A stretch of DNA of 63,724 bases, counting the filler, from Octopus bimaculoides (Eukaryota), in the NCBI RefSeq assembly GCF_001194135.2. It is 9 parts of 6 records of this genome, joined end to end, with 100 filler letters (N's around TTAATTAATTAA, not from the genome) between each part and the next. Parts side by side here need not be neighbours in the genome. Positions count along the whole stretch, not along the records: positions 15,599 to 28,726 come from NC_068982.1; positions 28,827 to 41,473 come from NC_068982.1; 7 more parts are not named here. One strand, 5' to 3'. Made by a program: the position numbers and the translations under genes. The notes under the pieces were generated by a model, which ran no database searches, was not told where the DNA came from, and worked only from the letters and a program-made list of their open reading frames with translations. This document shows, in pieces, positions 25,011 through 37,207 of the stretch. Position 1 is the stretch's first letter; every line of letters starts with the position of its first letter.

Positions 25011-25529
25011 GCTAGAATGGGGTCAGACAGGAAGTTTTCTCTACAAGAGATGACAAATAGACGAGTCTTTTGGCAGACAGCTTCAAAAGAAGATTCTTGA
25101 ATAAGACACGGTCAACTGGTTCGTTTATATAAAGTGTGTTGTGAGTGTCTAGAAACGTGAGCGTGGATGTATGAATGCATAGATTTGAGTGTGTTTGTGT
25201 GTGTGTGCGTGTATACTTGAGTGCATGTTGTGTAAGTATGTGTTTGCGCGCGTGTGCTTGAGATGGCGTACATAAGTGTATGTATACATGTGTATGCAAT
25301 TGCGTTCGCAAAAGAAAACATGCATTGTTGTGTGTGTCAGTGTGTATAGCCAAGAATGTATATGATCGTGTATAAGTTTATATATATCTATATCTATTTA
25401 GATGTGTAACCTCTCTTTCTATCTCTTTATATATATATATATATATATATATNNNNNNNNNNNNNNNNNNNNNNNNNNNNNNNNNNNNNNNNNNNNNNNN
25501 NNNNNNNNNNNNNNNNNNNNNNNNNNNNN

Positions 25530-26155
25530 NNACCTTCAAGGATTTAATTGAAATTGACCCCAGTACTTATTAGTTATAAGTCTGGCACTTATTCTGTAGG
25601 TGTCTTTTGCCGAACAAATGGGTTATGGGACGTAAGCAAACCAGCATCGGTTGTCAATTGATGATGGGAACAAACACGAAAACACACACACGCGCATGCA
25701 CACACACGCGCATGCACACACACGCGCATGCACACACACGCGCATGCACACACACGCACACACATATACAAACACAGATGCATATACAATAATCCATCCA
25801 TCCGTCAATCAACCCATCAATCCATACGTTGTTACATACATATATGTGTGTGCGTATGTGTATACGTATATGTATGTATTAAAGTACGTACGTACGTACG
25901 TACGTACGTATGTATGTATGTATGTATGTATGTATGTATGTATGTATGTATATATACATGTATGTATGTATGTATGTATGTATGTATGTATACGACGGGC
26001 TCCTCTCAGTTTTCGGCTACCAAATCCATTCACAAGGCATTGGTCGACACGGGGCTATAGTAGAAAACGCTTGCCCAATGTACCTCACAGTTGGATTGAA
26101 ACCGAAACCACATGCTTGCGAGGCAAACTATCTAGCCAGGCAGCCACGTCAGCGC
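25530..26155 (-). mobile_element. CORE-type tRNA SINE family C, expanded by internal microsatellites
   Basis: Head ...ggctgtgtggtaagtagcttgct, core (gcaccttgggcaagtgtcttctactatagcc) and 3' part (atcgcttgacaaccgatgctggt...gttcggcaaaagagacc) flank about 300 nt of (CA)/(TACG)/(TATG); other copies at 16050-16265, 17340-17740, 33595-33850, 39906-40158, 43471-43630, 45080-45352, 47900-48050, 52421-53092, 58325-58470 and 60374-60775. Confidence 0.85.
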
Positions 26156-26290
26156 CTTTGTGTACATACCTGGATATAAACATCTGCTTGTGCGTGTATG
26201 TGCCTATACTTATTTACATACAAACATACATAAATATATATATATACACGCAAACACACACATGCATACACACATACCTACAAGCACAAA

Positions 26291-26344
<54 letters not shown>

Positions 26345-27480
26345 CCTCTCTCGAACACACACACACACACATAAGTCGATATGTGCATGGGTGAATGTTC
26401 ACAGATGTTTACATATATATAAGTATATGAATACAGAATTGTGCCTGAGTTTATGAGTTTTATGTATATAATGTATACACATGTATAATTGTAAGAGTGT
26501 GTATGGGATATATAAACATATATAATTATACATATCTCTCTCTATCTCTATATTTGTGCACGCGCGCGTGCAAGTGTGCGTACAGATGCAGGTCGAATGT
26601 TTTGTGTGCAAGCCACGGGTTACCTAAGAGCGTCTGGTTATCAGTCAGGCGTCTGTCACATAAAAAGGACGTTGACCTGACCCCAAAATGCATGAGCTCA
26701 TCATTTTTACTTGCCTGTTATTGATTGCCAGTTGCTGGCAGCTGACACATTTCCCGCGTCATCCACCACCAGCATCCACCACCAGCATTCACCACCACCG
26801 TTATGGTCTCCTGGTGATGATGGTTGTCGTGACAATGGTAATGGTTACACAGTGATGATGGTGATGAATGCGGGTTCACCACCATCAAAATCCCCAAAAC
26901 CACCACCACCACCACCACCACCACCGACGCGTCGCCGCCGCCGCCGCCACCACCACTACAAGGCGTGAGAGAGCAGACAAAATTCGGTGCTATGAAAGTT
27001 AGCAAAACATTTCATTAACAGATTATTTTTTATAGTAATGATATTATGGTTGGCGAGATGGCAAAATCATTAGCACGCCGGGCAAAATGCTTAATGGTAT
27101 TTCTTCCGGTTTTACGTTCCGAGTTCTAATTCCGCTTTCCCATTTGTCCTTTGGGGTCAATAAAATAAGTACCAATGGAATAGTGAGGTCGATATAATCG
27201 ACTTACCCCATCCCCCGAAGTTGTGGGACTTGTGCTAAAATTATTATCATTGTTATTAAGGCGGCGAGCAGAATCGTTTGCACGCTGGTCAAAATGCTTA
27301 GCAGTATTTCGTCCGTCGCTACGTTCCGAGTTCAAATTCCGCCGAGGTCGAATTCGCCTTTCATCCTTTCGGGGTCGATAAATTAAGTACCAGTGAAACA
27401 CACTGGGGTCGTGTAATCAACTAGTCCCTTCCCCATATTTCAGGCCTGGTGCCTATAGTAGAAAGGATTATTATTATTAT

Positions 27481-27845
27481 TCCTTGAAAAGTAAAGTGAC
27501 GGTAGAGGGGGAAGTGCTGCCTCTCAGCAATTTTGTTAAAAGGTCGATTCCAAGAACGGCTCGAGTGAATGAGCCGGCTCTAAGCATGTGCCTGTAGGTT
27601 GAAGGCGGATGATGTGGAGAGGGCACTTACCCTAGTGGTCAAAGTGACTGTGGTTTTGTGGGGTCATCACGAGTAACCCTAGGAAGTCTCCCTCGCTTAG
27701 GGAATTATTCATTATTATAATTTTATTTTGTTACTGTTTTTTTTTTTACTTTCTACGCACCTTTTATGTAACCCCACATTGTAATTATCCTGTAGCGTTT
27801 TTGCGCTAGTGTTTTTGCGAACCCTTAGTGGTTAATAAAGAAAAC
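27481..27845 (+). mobile_element. L1/Tx1-like LINE 3' end (ORF2 C-terminus plus 3' UTR)
   Basis: LKSKVTVEGEVLPLSNFVKR...ARVNEPALSMCL* followed by a T-rich UTR ending cccttagtggttaataaagaaa. Confidence 0.65.
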
Positions 27846-27855
27846 ATAATTGCTA

Positions 27856-27905
<50 letters not shown>

Positions 27906-27914
27906 TTTATTATT

Positions 27915-28440
27915 GAGGGGGCAGTGCATGCCATCAAAGTCACATTGGGGTAAAATATACGAAGCCCAGCATACCCATCATGACTACCGTCTGAAAGCGT
28001 ATACCAGGCACATGCATCACGATCATATGTGCGCGACTTGGTGATCTCATATCAAGATAGCACATGACCTTGCAGGTGGGCCCAGTCAGAATTTTCTTCC
28101 GGTCGAATAGCCCATCCCGGTCAAAAGGTCCCTGAATAAGGGATGTTGAACAAATGTTTCTAAACGTGAATTATCCAAACTCCAAAGAATTTCTCTCAAC
28201 ACATGGCAATGACGCTCCCCTACTACTTCTGCTCATGATCAGAGATGCACATATCGTCAGCCACCAAGGGACATGTTCAAATGGTTAAGGTCAAGCAACT
28301 GACAACCAAGTCTGTGGTATTAAGCAGAATATTTGCTGTAGCCCATCTTTTTATACCAAGACAAAACAATGTACATGATTACACTTCCAATCAGTTAAGA
28401 TCAGAAGCCATGAGAGCCACTTCCTGGTACTGCATAGGAG
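27915..28440. mobile_element. About 520-bp non-coding interspersed element embedded in (TAA)n
   Basis: Same sequence inverted at 36348-36862; partial copies at 29740-29855, 29928-30000, 32860-33060, 50283-50535 and 58575-58685; no TIR and no tRNA head seen. Confidence 0.8.
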
Positions 28441-28451
28441 CAATTATTATT

Positions 28452-28727
28452 ATTATTATTATTATTATTGTTCAGTAGTTTTATTTTTATAACGTGCTTT
28501 CACTTCACTACCGAGCGCAGTTCTGTGCGCCTTGGGTATGTGCTGTGGTTTGCTGTGGTGCTCTTATGGTTACTGTATTGAAAGTGTTTTGCGTAGGATG
28601 TGTGCTGTGCCCAGTAGTGCAATTTTCTGTATGTTATATATATTTGTAAGTCCTGGTGTTTTTGTTATGTATTTGTCTGAATATTATTTTTATTATACCT
28701 AAGGCACCTACTATAATAGGAATTGTN
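28452..28727 (-). mobile_element. R4/Dong element 3' end (REL endonuclease C-terminus plus UTR) running into (TAA)n
   Basis: Minus TIPIIVGALGII..YITKTPGLTNIYNIQKIALLGTAHILRKTLSIQ*, then a UTR and an AATAAT tail. Confidence 0.85.
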
Positions 28728-28828
28728 NNNNNNNNNNNNNNNNNNNNNNNNNNNNNNNNNNNNNNNNNNNTTAATTAATTAANNNNNNNNNNNNNNNNNN
28801 NNNNNNNNNNNNNNNNNNNNNNNNNNAT

Positions 28829-28971
28829 TCACTTGAACAAAACTGTACAAATCCAAATATATGGTACCCTAGGCATAACACCTACATGAACTTCTAACTT
28901 GTTGTCTCTTGAGGTCTCTGGGTGAGACTTGGATCCAACTTGTACAAATGCAAAACAAAAGTCAAACATAA

Positions 28972-28975
<4 letters not shown>
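28829..28975 (+). mobile_element. 3' UTR of a second TAA-tailed element (probably Dong-like)
   Basis: gggtgagacttggatccaacttgtacaaatgcaaa.caaaagtcaaacataaaataataat is repeated at 36953-37012, both followed by (TAA)n. Confidence 0.55.
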
Positions 28976-29013
<38 letters not shown>

Positions 29014-30124
29014 CATTTCTACTATAGGCACTATATCTAATAACAATAATCCTTCCTACTAAAGGCACAAGACCTGAAATTTTGGGGAAGGGGGTATGTC
29101 GATGACATCGACACCAGTACTCAACTGGTACTTAATTTATCGACTCCGGAAGGATGAAAGGTAAGAATTTGAATTTAGAATGAGAGGACGGACGAAATGC
29201 CGCTATGCATTTTGTCCGGCATGTTAATGATTCTACCAGCTCGCCGCCTTAACTAGCTCAAAGAATAATTTCTAAAACGCAAACGTTAAATACATTCCGA
29301 TATTTAATCTTTTGGTGTAAACTATGAGTATAATAAATTCTACATAACTTTATATTAGAGAATCACATATAACCTTTCAAGAGTGCCGATGGAATAAATA
29401 TTAACCACCATGGTTTAAGAGATTAAACTTAACGATACCTAAAGCTATTTTCTTAATGACTGGTATCACTTACAGTTGAAGGATGCTGCAACATAATTAT
29501 ATAATGACGAGTTTACACGCAAGTAAATAGATCTTTCCATGTTGTTATATTCTTGATGAGGACTCTTATTTACATCGGAGGAAAGTCACCGTGACACAGC
29601 AATAAATTTCCACCCCCACCCCCACCCCCCGGATAGAAAATTGTTTCTTCTTTGTGAAGTTGCATTATAGACGACATCGCTTTACAATGCCGACTGGTTC
29701 CTTTAAAAGTAAATATGTTTTATCAGGCAAAAATTCGAGGACGATACACACATATACGCTGTAGTCCATCGTTTATACCAAGACAAAACAATGTACATGA
29801 TAACACTTTCAATCAATTCAGATCAGAATCCATGAGAGCCACTACCTGGTACTGCTATTATTATTATTATTATTATCATTCTTATTCTTATTCTTCTTCT
29901 TATTATTATTATTATTATTATGATGATTGAGTGAGAGAGCAGGTCATGCCATCAAAGTGACACTGGGGCACAAATATACGAAGCCCAGTATACCCATCAT
30001 CACTGGGGTCGATGTAATCGACTTAATCCCCTTCCCCAAGCTGCCTTTTGGCAAAAATTTGAAATCATCGTTGTTGTTGTTGTTGGTGGTGGTGGTGGTG
30101 GTAATATTATCATTATTATTGTTA

Positions 30125-30206
<82 letters not shown>

Positions 30207-30773
30207 GTACGCGTGTGTACCTTTAAAAGCATTTTCTTTGCAAATTTTGCGTTTCCTAATTTTTACCGTGTATTATTGTTGTGGATGTTAAAGTGGCGAA
30301 CTGGCAGAATCGTTAGCACACCGGTGACTTGCTTAGCGGTATTTCGCCCGTCGCTACGTACTGTGTTCAAATTCCGCCTTGATCGACTTTGCCTTTCATC
30401 CTTTCGGGATCGATAAAATAAGTACCGGTTGAACACTGAGGTCGATGTAATCAACTCATCCCCACTTCCCCCTTTAGCTGCCTTGTGGCAAAAATTCGAA
30501 ATAATTAACGCTGTAAATGTTTTTTAGGATAATCATGATGATAATGGCTTTCATCGTGGTGTTGGTGCTGCTGATGATGATGATAATGATGATGACGACG
30601 ATGACGATGATGATGATGATGTTAATTGCAGTGCTATGTGATAGTGGTGGTGGTGGTGGTGATTGTAGTGGTGGTTGATGATGATGAAGATGATTGAGAG
30701 AGAGTACGTGACGGTGGAAGAGAGACTGTTGCCATTTCTACTGTTACTTCTGTTATTCTCTACCCTTGGTGGG

Positions 30774-30823
<50 letters not shown>

Positions 30824-31198
30824 GTACGCGTGTGTACCTTTAAAAGCATTTTCTTTGAAAATTTTGTTATCAAATCCCTCAATATTTTTTTTTCTCGAAA
30901 CTGAATAATTTATATATTCAAAGTCAGATGCATGTATTTTTATCTATTTATTTATCTTATAACCTTTATTTATCTATCTATATACACGCAAACATTCAGT
31001 GTATATATGCCTACACACACCGACACACACTAGCACACACGCATCGAAACGTACATACATAGGTACACCCACTCATATTTACATATGCATGTGTTTACAT
31101 ATAGTTGTACATACGTACACACAAACTCACAAACACACACATGTATATACATGTATATGCATGTGTGTTTATACCTATATATATATATTTATGTGTGT

Positions 31199-31230
<32 letters not shown>

Positions 31231-31472
31231 NNNNNNNNNNNNNNNNNNNNNNNNNNNNNNNNNNNNNNNNNNNNNNNNNNNNNNNNNNNNNNNNNNNNNN
31301 NNNNNNNNNNNNNNNNNNNNNNNNNNNNNNNNNNNNNNNNNNNNNNNNNNNNNNNNNNNNNNNNNNNNNNNNNNNNNNNNNNNNNNNNNNNNNNNNNNNN
31401 NNNNNNNNNNNNNNNNNNNNNNNNNNNNNNNNNNNNNNNNNNNNNNNNNNNNNNNNNNNNNNGAGAGAGATG

Positions 31473-31509
<37 letters not shown>

Positions 31510-31604
31510 AATGAGAGAGAGAGAGATACATCTACATATGCATATACACATACGCGCGTAGATGTATAACTGTATCAAAGTACGTATATATATTGTTTAT
31601 ATGC

Positions 31605-31664
<60 letters not shown>

Positions 31665-31972
31665 GTGTGTGTGTGTGTAATGTTGCCTTACCACTATAAA
31701 TTCATTCCTAGCCATATACCTACAATCTAATTATATACACTCACTGTTATTTACCGATGTTGTTCACTTACTAAGATGGCTGTATTTGTCCATTCCACAC
31801 ATCATTCACTCCAATGTAAGCATGGCGCCTTTTAAGTATGCTAGAAGTCTGATTGAACCTCTCTGTGCTTGTCTATGTATGTAAGCTTATGTTTGTCAAT
31901 CTGTGTGTGCATGTGTGTTTTGCCTGTGTATGCATATGCGTATTTGCCTGTGTTTGTCTGTATGTTTGCCTC

Positions 31973-32005
<33 letters not shown>

Positions 32006-32340
32006 ATGTGCGTGTGTATGTGTGTCTGTGTCTGTGTACATCCGTGTGTGTGTGCGTCTGTGTTCATGTGTGTGTGTGGATATGTGTTTGCCTATCTGTT
32101 TGCATGTGTTTACATATAGTTGTACGTACACACAAACTCACAAGCACACAGACACAGTCATATGCACACAAACACGTATATACATGTATATGCATGTGTG
32201 TGTATATACCTATATATCTGTGTATGTTTGCTTGTGTGTGGGCATGTGTGTTTGCTTTTGTGCATGTGTGCACTTGTATTTGCCTGAATGTGCGCATGTA
32301 TGTTTGCTTCTGTGTTTGTGTAAGTGAATGTCTGTACGAA

Positions 32341-32377
<37 letters not shown>

Positions 32378-33190
32378 AAGAACTGCTTTTCCCCGCTACT
32401 GGCCAAGTGACATCCTTGTCTGATCTTATTCTTTTCTCTCCCACTAATGTAACATCAATAAATGCTGATTTTTAGCGTCTGTTTATTGTAAATAAAATCT
32501 AAACAAATAAAGTAGGTATAAAAATAAAAGCAAGTAGCACTACAGTATTTTTAAAGCATGAAGCAGGAATCTAGAGATGTGCTGTTATCCCCTTGTCAAA
32601 AGAGAGGAGTCAGTCAGAACCTGAAAAGAAACCTCCATCCATTACTTTAATAATTTATAAATTGAGACTTGGAAAAGAATATCACTTTAATCTAAAACCG
32701 ATGTTTACAGTGTTTATTATTTAGTAAGTGTTATTTCCGATTTGCTTCTATCTAGAAATCAAAGGAAGTGACTTTGCTTTTGTGACCTGGACATCAATGC
32801 TTTGAAACTGACCTATTTTCCATTACATTTCAGACAGATTCAGTGCTGATTTGCTGAAGAATAATATTGTTATAGCAAATATTTTGCTCAATGCCACAGA
32901 TTTGCTTGTCAATTGCTCGACCTTAACCACTTGACCATGTCTCTTAGTGACTGACAATATGTACATCCCTAACGATGAGCAGGAGTATTGGGAGAGTATC
33001 ATAGCCATGTGTTGAGAGAGATACTTTGGGGTTTGAATAAATTTAACAAAAGCAAAGTTTGATGGAAATATTAGTAAATTTTCATACTTTCTAGGGGTAA
33101 GCAAATGGGAAATAACAGTTACTACCCAAAGACAAAAATCGTGTTATACAGTGTCCAACTTTATACTGCTTAGAGTTAGTTGATTTAAAG

Positions 33191-33532
33191 CAGTAGTTTT
33201 CAACCACTTTTTATCTACGGACCCCTTTGATTATTATTTTTATTCTGGTGGACCCCCATAGTCATTCGATGTTTAAAAGCTGATTTTATAGATACTTCTC
33301 TCAAGATTCCTATTTTGTTTTTCAAACATTCACTTGCGTAGTTTGAACTATGTAAAATGTTAGAGAAAGAAACTGGGCTGTTTCTTGCAATAAATATGTC
33401 TAAAGAAACTTGTTTTTCATGGACCCTTAAAATATTACCTTTGATGTTCAGTTTACTATTTTGCTTGCATGGAGCCACAAAAATCTTATATGGACCCTCA
33501 GTGGTCAAATGGACCCCGGTTGAGAATCACTG
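33191..33532. mobile_element. hAT/Charlie MITE
   Basis: Termini CAGTAGTTTTCAACC / GGTTGAGAATCACTG; TSD atttaaag / atttaaaa (7 of 8). Confidence 0.85.
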
Positions 33533-33544
33533 ATTTAAAAAGTA

Positions 33545-33847
33545 CTAGCAGAGATACCCGGCCTTGCTCGGGGTTAAAATAGCATAGATTTTTATTGCTT
33601 TACTTGTTTCAGTTATGTGACTGCGGCCATGCTGGAGCACCGCCGTTGGTCGAAGAAATCAACCACAGGATTTATTCTTTGTAAGCCTAAGTTACAGGAA
33701 GTTACAGTTATCAAGCAATGGTGGGGGTACAAACACAAAACACAGGCACACACATACACAAATATAAACAAATATACGACAGTCTTCTTTTAGTTTCCGA
33801 GTATGAAATCCACTCCCAAGATTTTGGTCGGCCTGAGGCTATAATAA

Positions 33848-33882
<35 letters not shown>

Positions 33883-35231
33883 TTCNNNNNNNNNNNNNNN
33901 NNNNNNNNNNNNNNNNNNNNNNNNNNNNNNNNNNNNNNNNNNNNNNNNNNNNNNNNNNNNNNNNNNNNNNNNNNNNNNNNNNNNNNNNNNNNNNNNNNNN
34001 NNNNNNNNNNNNNNNNNNNNNNNNNNNNNNNNNNNNNNNNNNNNNNNNNNNNNNNNNNNNNNNNNNNNNNNNNNNNNNNNNNNNNNNNNNNNNNNNNNNN
34101 NNNNNNNNNNNNNNNNNNNNNNNNNNNNNNNNNNNNNNNNNNNNNNNNNNNNNNNNNNNNNNNNNNNNNNNNNNNNNNNNNNNNNNNNNNNNNNNNNNNN
34201 NNNNNNNNNNNNNNNNNNNNNNNNNNNNNNNNNNNNNNNNNNNNNNNNNNNNNNNNNNNNNNNNNNNNNNNNNNNNNNNNNNNNNNNNNNNNNNNNNNNN
34301 NNNNNNNNNNNNNNNNNNNNNNNNNNNNNNNNNNNNNNNNNNNNNNNNNNNNNNNNNNNNNNNNNNNNNNNNNNNNNNNNNNNNNNNNNNNNNNNNNNNN
34401 NNNNNNNNNNNNNNNNNNNNNNNNNNNNNNNNNNNNNNNNNNNNNNTATATATATATATATATATTTATTGAGAATACTGAACTATCTTACAAAGGATCT
34501 TGTTTTTAGGAATCCCCGATAAGCTATGAATACCCTAATTGTGAAGTCAGTTATGTAATAACATGAAATTAATTACCCTATAGTAAGAATTCAAATAAAG
34601 TAGCACCGAAAAGGGCTTTAATATGTTCCCAGAGTATATAGAACGTAGGAGGAAATACTAATAAGGTATGTATACTAAAATCCTGAAACATGTTATGTAA
34701 TAACAAGTTAATCAGATATGAGATAATAACAATTCAAAGTAATTAACTGTGAAAAAGCTTTTGTGCGTTCCCAGAGAATATTATCCTCAGCAGCGCTAGT
34801 GTTGGTATATTCGTGAATAAGTCACTTACCGAAATAAGTGGATCTATTGTTTAGGAGAATATTATTAACTTGTTTAAGCCTTGTACTGGATAAATTGAGA
34901 AAATAACTAAAATAGTTCAAATGCTAAGAAATAAGTATACTCAATTTCATTTTAACCAAATAATTTACGAAGGAGGGAATGGGTTATTTCCCTTGGAAGC
35001 TTAAAATAATCACGCCCGCCGTCCAACGGCGCCCAAAATGTTATTCCTCCTGCCGTTTACCCGAACATTGTTTCAAAATCAATTTATACTTAAAACCTCC
35101 CGTGACACATAAACAATGTGCGTGTGAAGTTTAAGAGAAATCGGTCGAGCCATTTTGGCACAAAATGAGGACATACCGATACACGCACACACATACACAC
35201 ACACAAACATTTTCAGTTTTAATATGTAAGG
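33545..35231 (-). mobile_element. Putative non-autonomous Helitron containing a SINE and a gap
   Basis: Minus-strand 3' end CCCG-AGCAAGGC-CGGG hairpin, then CTAG|T (33545-33572); Helitron-like 5' region cttacatattaaaactg...gtgtgt...gaccgatttctcttaaactt near 35100-35231; pairing of the two ends across the gap is inferred. Confidence 0.6.
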
Positions 35232-36084
35232 TAAACTCTGTATAGAGACTTGCAGACAACTTGCTTGTACAAGTTTTGCCGATCGAAATCTCTGCATACC
35301 GAACGCCAGTTGATTTCAGGGGTTATCAGGAGAGAATGCGAACCTTTTGGAGCCTTTCACTCACTTCATCTTATTCAATATCTTCACTGACTTGGTCCGT
35401 TCTTGGACCGAAGGGTTTGTGATAGGTACATTGAATATTTGTATCTCTACGATTCGAATGAAAGGGTTAAGAAATATGTACAAGCATGTCTCCAATGTCC
35501 AAAACAGTACTGAATAAAACTCATTAAAAAAAACAACTAGTAAACCTCTACATGGTCGATTTATCAGCTAAAAATAGCTACAAAATCCAGTACCATCGTC
35601 CTGCGATGTTTGTTCCGACTCACTGCGCTCTGATTACGTGTGTATGTGTGTATGTGTGCATGTATGCGTGTGTGCGGATGTGCATTTTCGTTTGTTTCTT
35701 TAAACCTAATTGCTCTAAAATGTTGTATACGATTTACTCGAATCCTATACAAAATGTCTGGTACTTATCAAGAAACCAGAGAACAGAACTGTGTCGATGC
35801 CATCACTCTGAGAAATTGACTGGTATTTTATTTTATTGACCCTGTAGAGATGAAAGGCAAGGTCGATCTGAGTGTGATTTGAACTTAGGATGTACAGCAC
35901 CACTCCGCTCTCAGCCTTAATAATTATAAAATAATTATAATTGTTTCTATTTTTTGGCACAAGGCCAGCAATTTTGAGAAAAGTGGGCAAGTCGATTCCA
36001 TCGACCTCACTACTTGGTTGGTACATTATTCCCCGGAAGAGGGAAAGGAAAGTCCACTTCGGCGGGATTTGAGCTTGCTGTCTT

Positions 36085-36114
36085 ATTAATAATAATAATA
36101 ATAACAATAATAAC

Positions 36115-36176
<62 letters not shown>

Positions 36177-36297
36177 ATAATACATAATGTACTGCCTGTC
36201 TGAGATTCGTGTTGTGACTTGACAAACAGTACAACTCCCTGGTATACACAATATCTTCAATCAGCAACCTCACGATATTGTATACTGTGCGACCTCT

Positions 36298-36341
<44 letters not shown>

Positions 36342-36894
36342 AATAATACATGCCCTGATGCAATATCAGGCACTGGCTCTTGTGGCTTCTGATCTTAACT
36401 GATTGGAAGTGTTATCATATACATGTTTTGTCTTGGTATAAAAGATAGGATACATCGAATATTCTGCTCAATATCACAGATTTGCTTATCAGTTGCTTGC
36501 TCTTAATCAGTTGAGCATGTCCCTTAGTGGCTGACGAAATGTGCATCTCTGATCACGAGCAGAAGTAGAGGGGGAACATCATAGCCATGTGTTGAGAGGA
36601 ATTCTTTGGGGTTTAGACAATTCACCTTTGGAAACATTGGTGTTTCGTTTGACAACCAAGAAAATTCTAACAGCCCCCAATACCACCACCACTGGAAGGT
36701 CATGCGCTGCTTATCTTAATACGAGATCACCATGCCGCGCACATATGGTCGTGATGTATGTGCCTGATTTACCCTTATCAGACGAGTAGTCATGATGGAT
36801 ATATTGGGCTTCGTATATTTGTACCCCAGTGTCATTTTGATGGCATGCATTGCTCTCTCACTCAATAATAATAATAATAATGATGATGATAACG

Positions 36895-36952
<58 letters not shown>

Positions 36953-37116
36953 GTGGGTGAGACTTGGATCCAACTTGTACAAATGCAAAGCAAAAGTCAA
37001 ACATAAAATAATAATAACAATAATAATAATAATAATAACAACAACGATGATGGTGGGGTAATGATGATGATGATGACGACGACGATGATGAGGATGATTA
37101 TTATTATTATTATTAC

Positions 37117-37185
<69 letters not shown>

Positions 37186-37207
37186 CATTATTATTATTAT
37201 TATTATT
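36085..37207. repeat. (TAA)n/(GAT)n microsatellite cluster hosting insertions
   Basis: Long TAA, GAT and TTA runs at 36085-36175, 36300-36345, 36865-36950 and 37010-37207. Confidence 0.95.
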
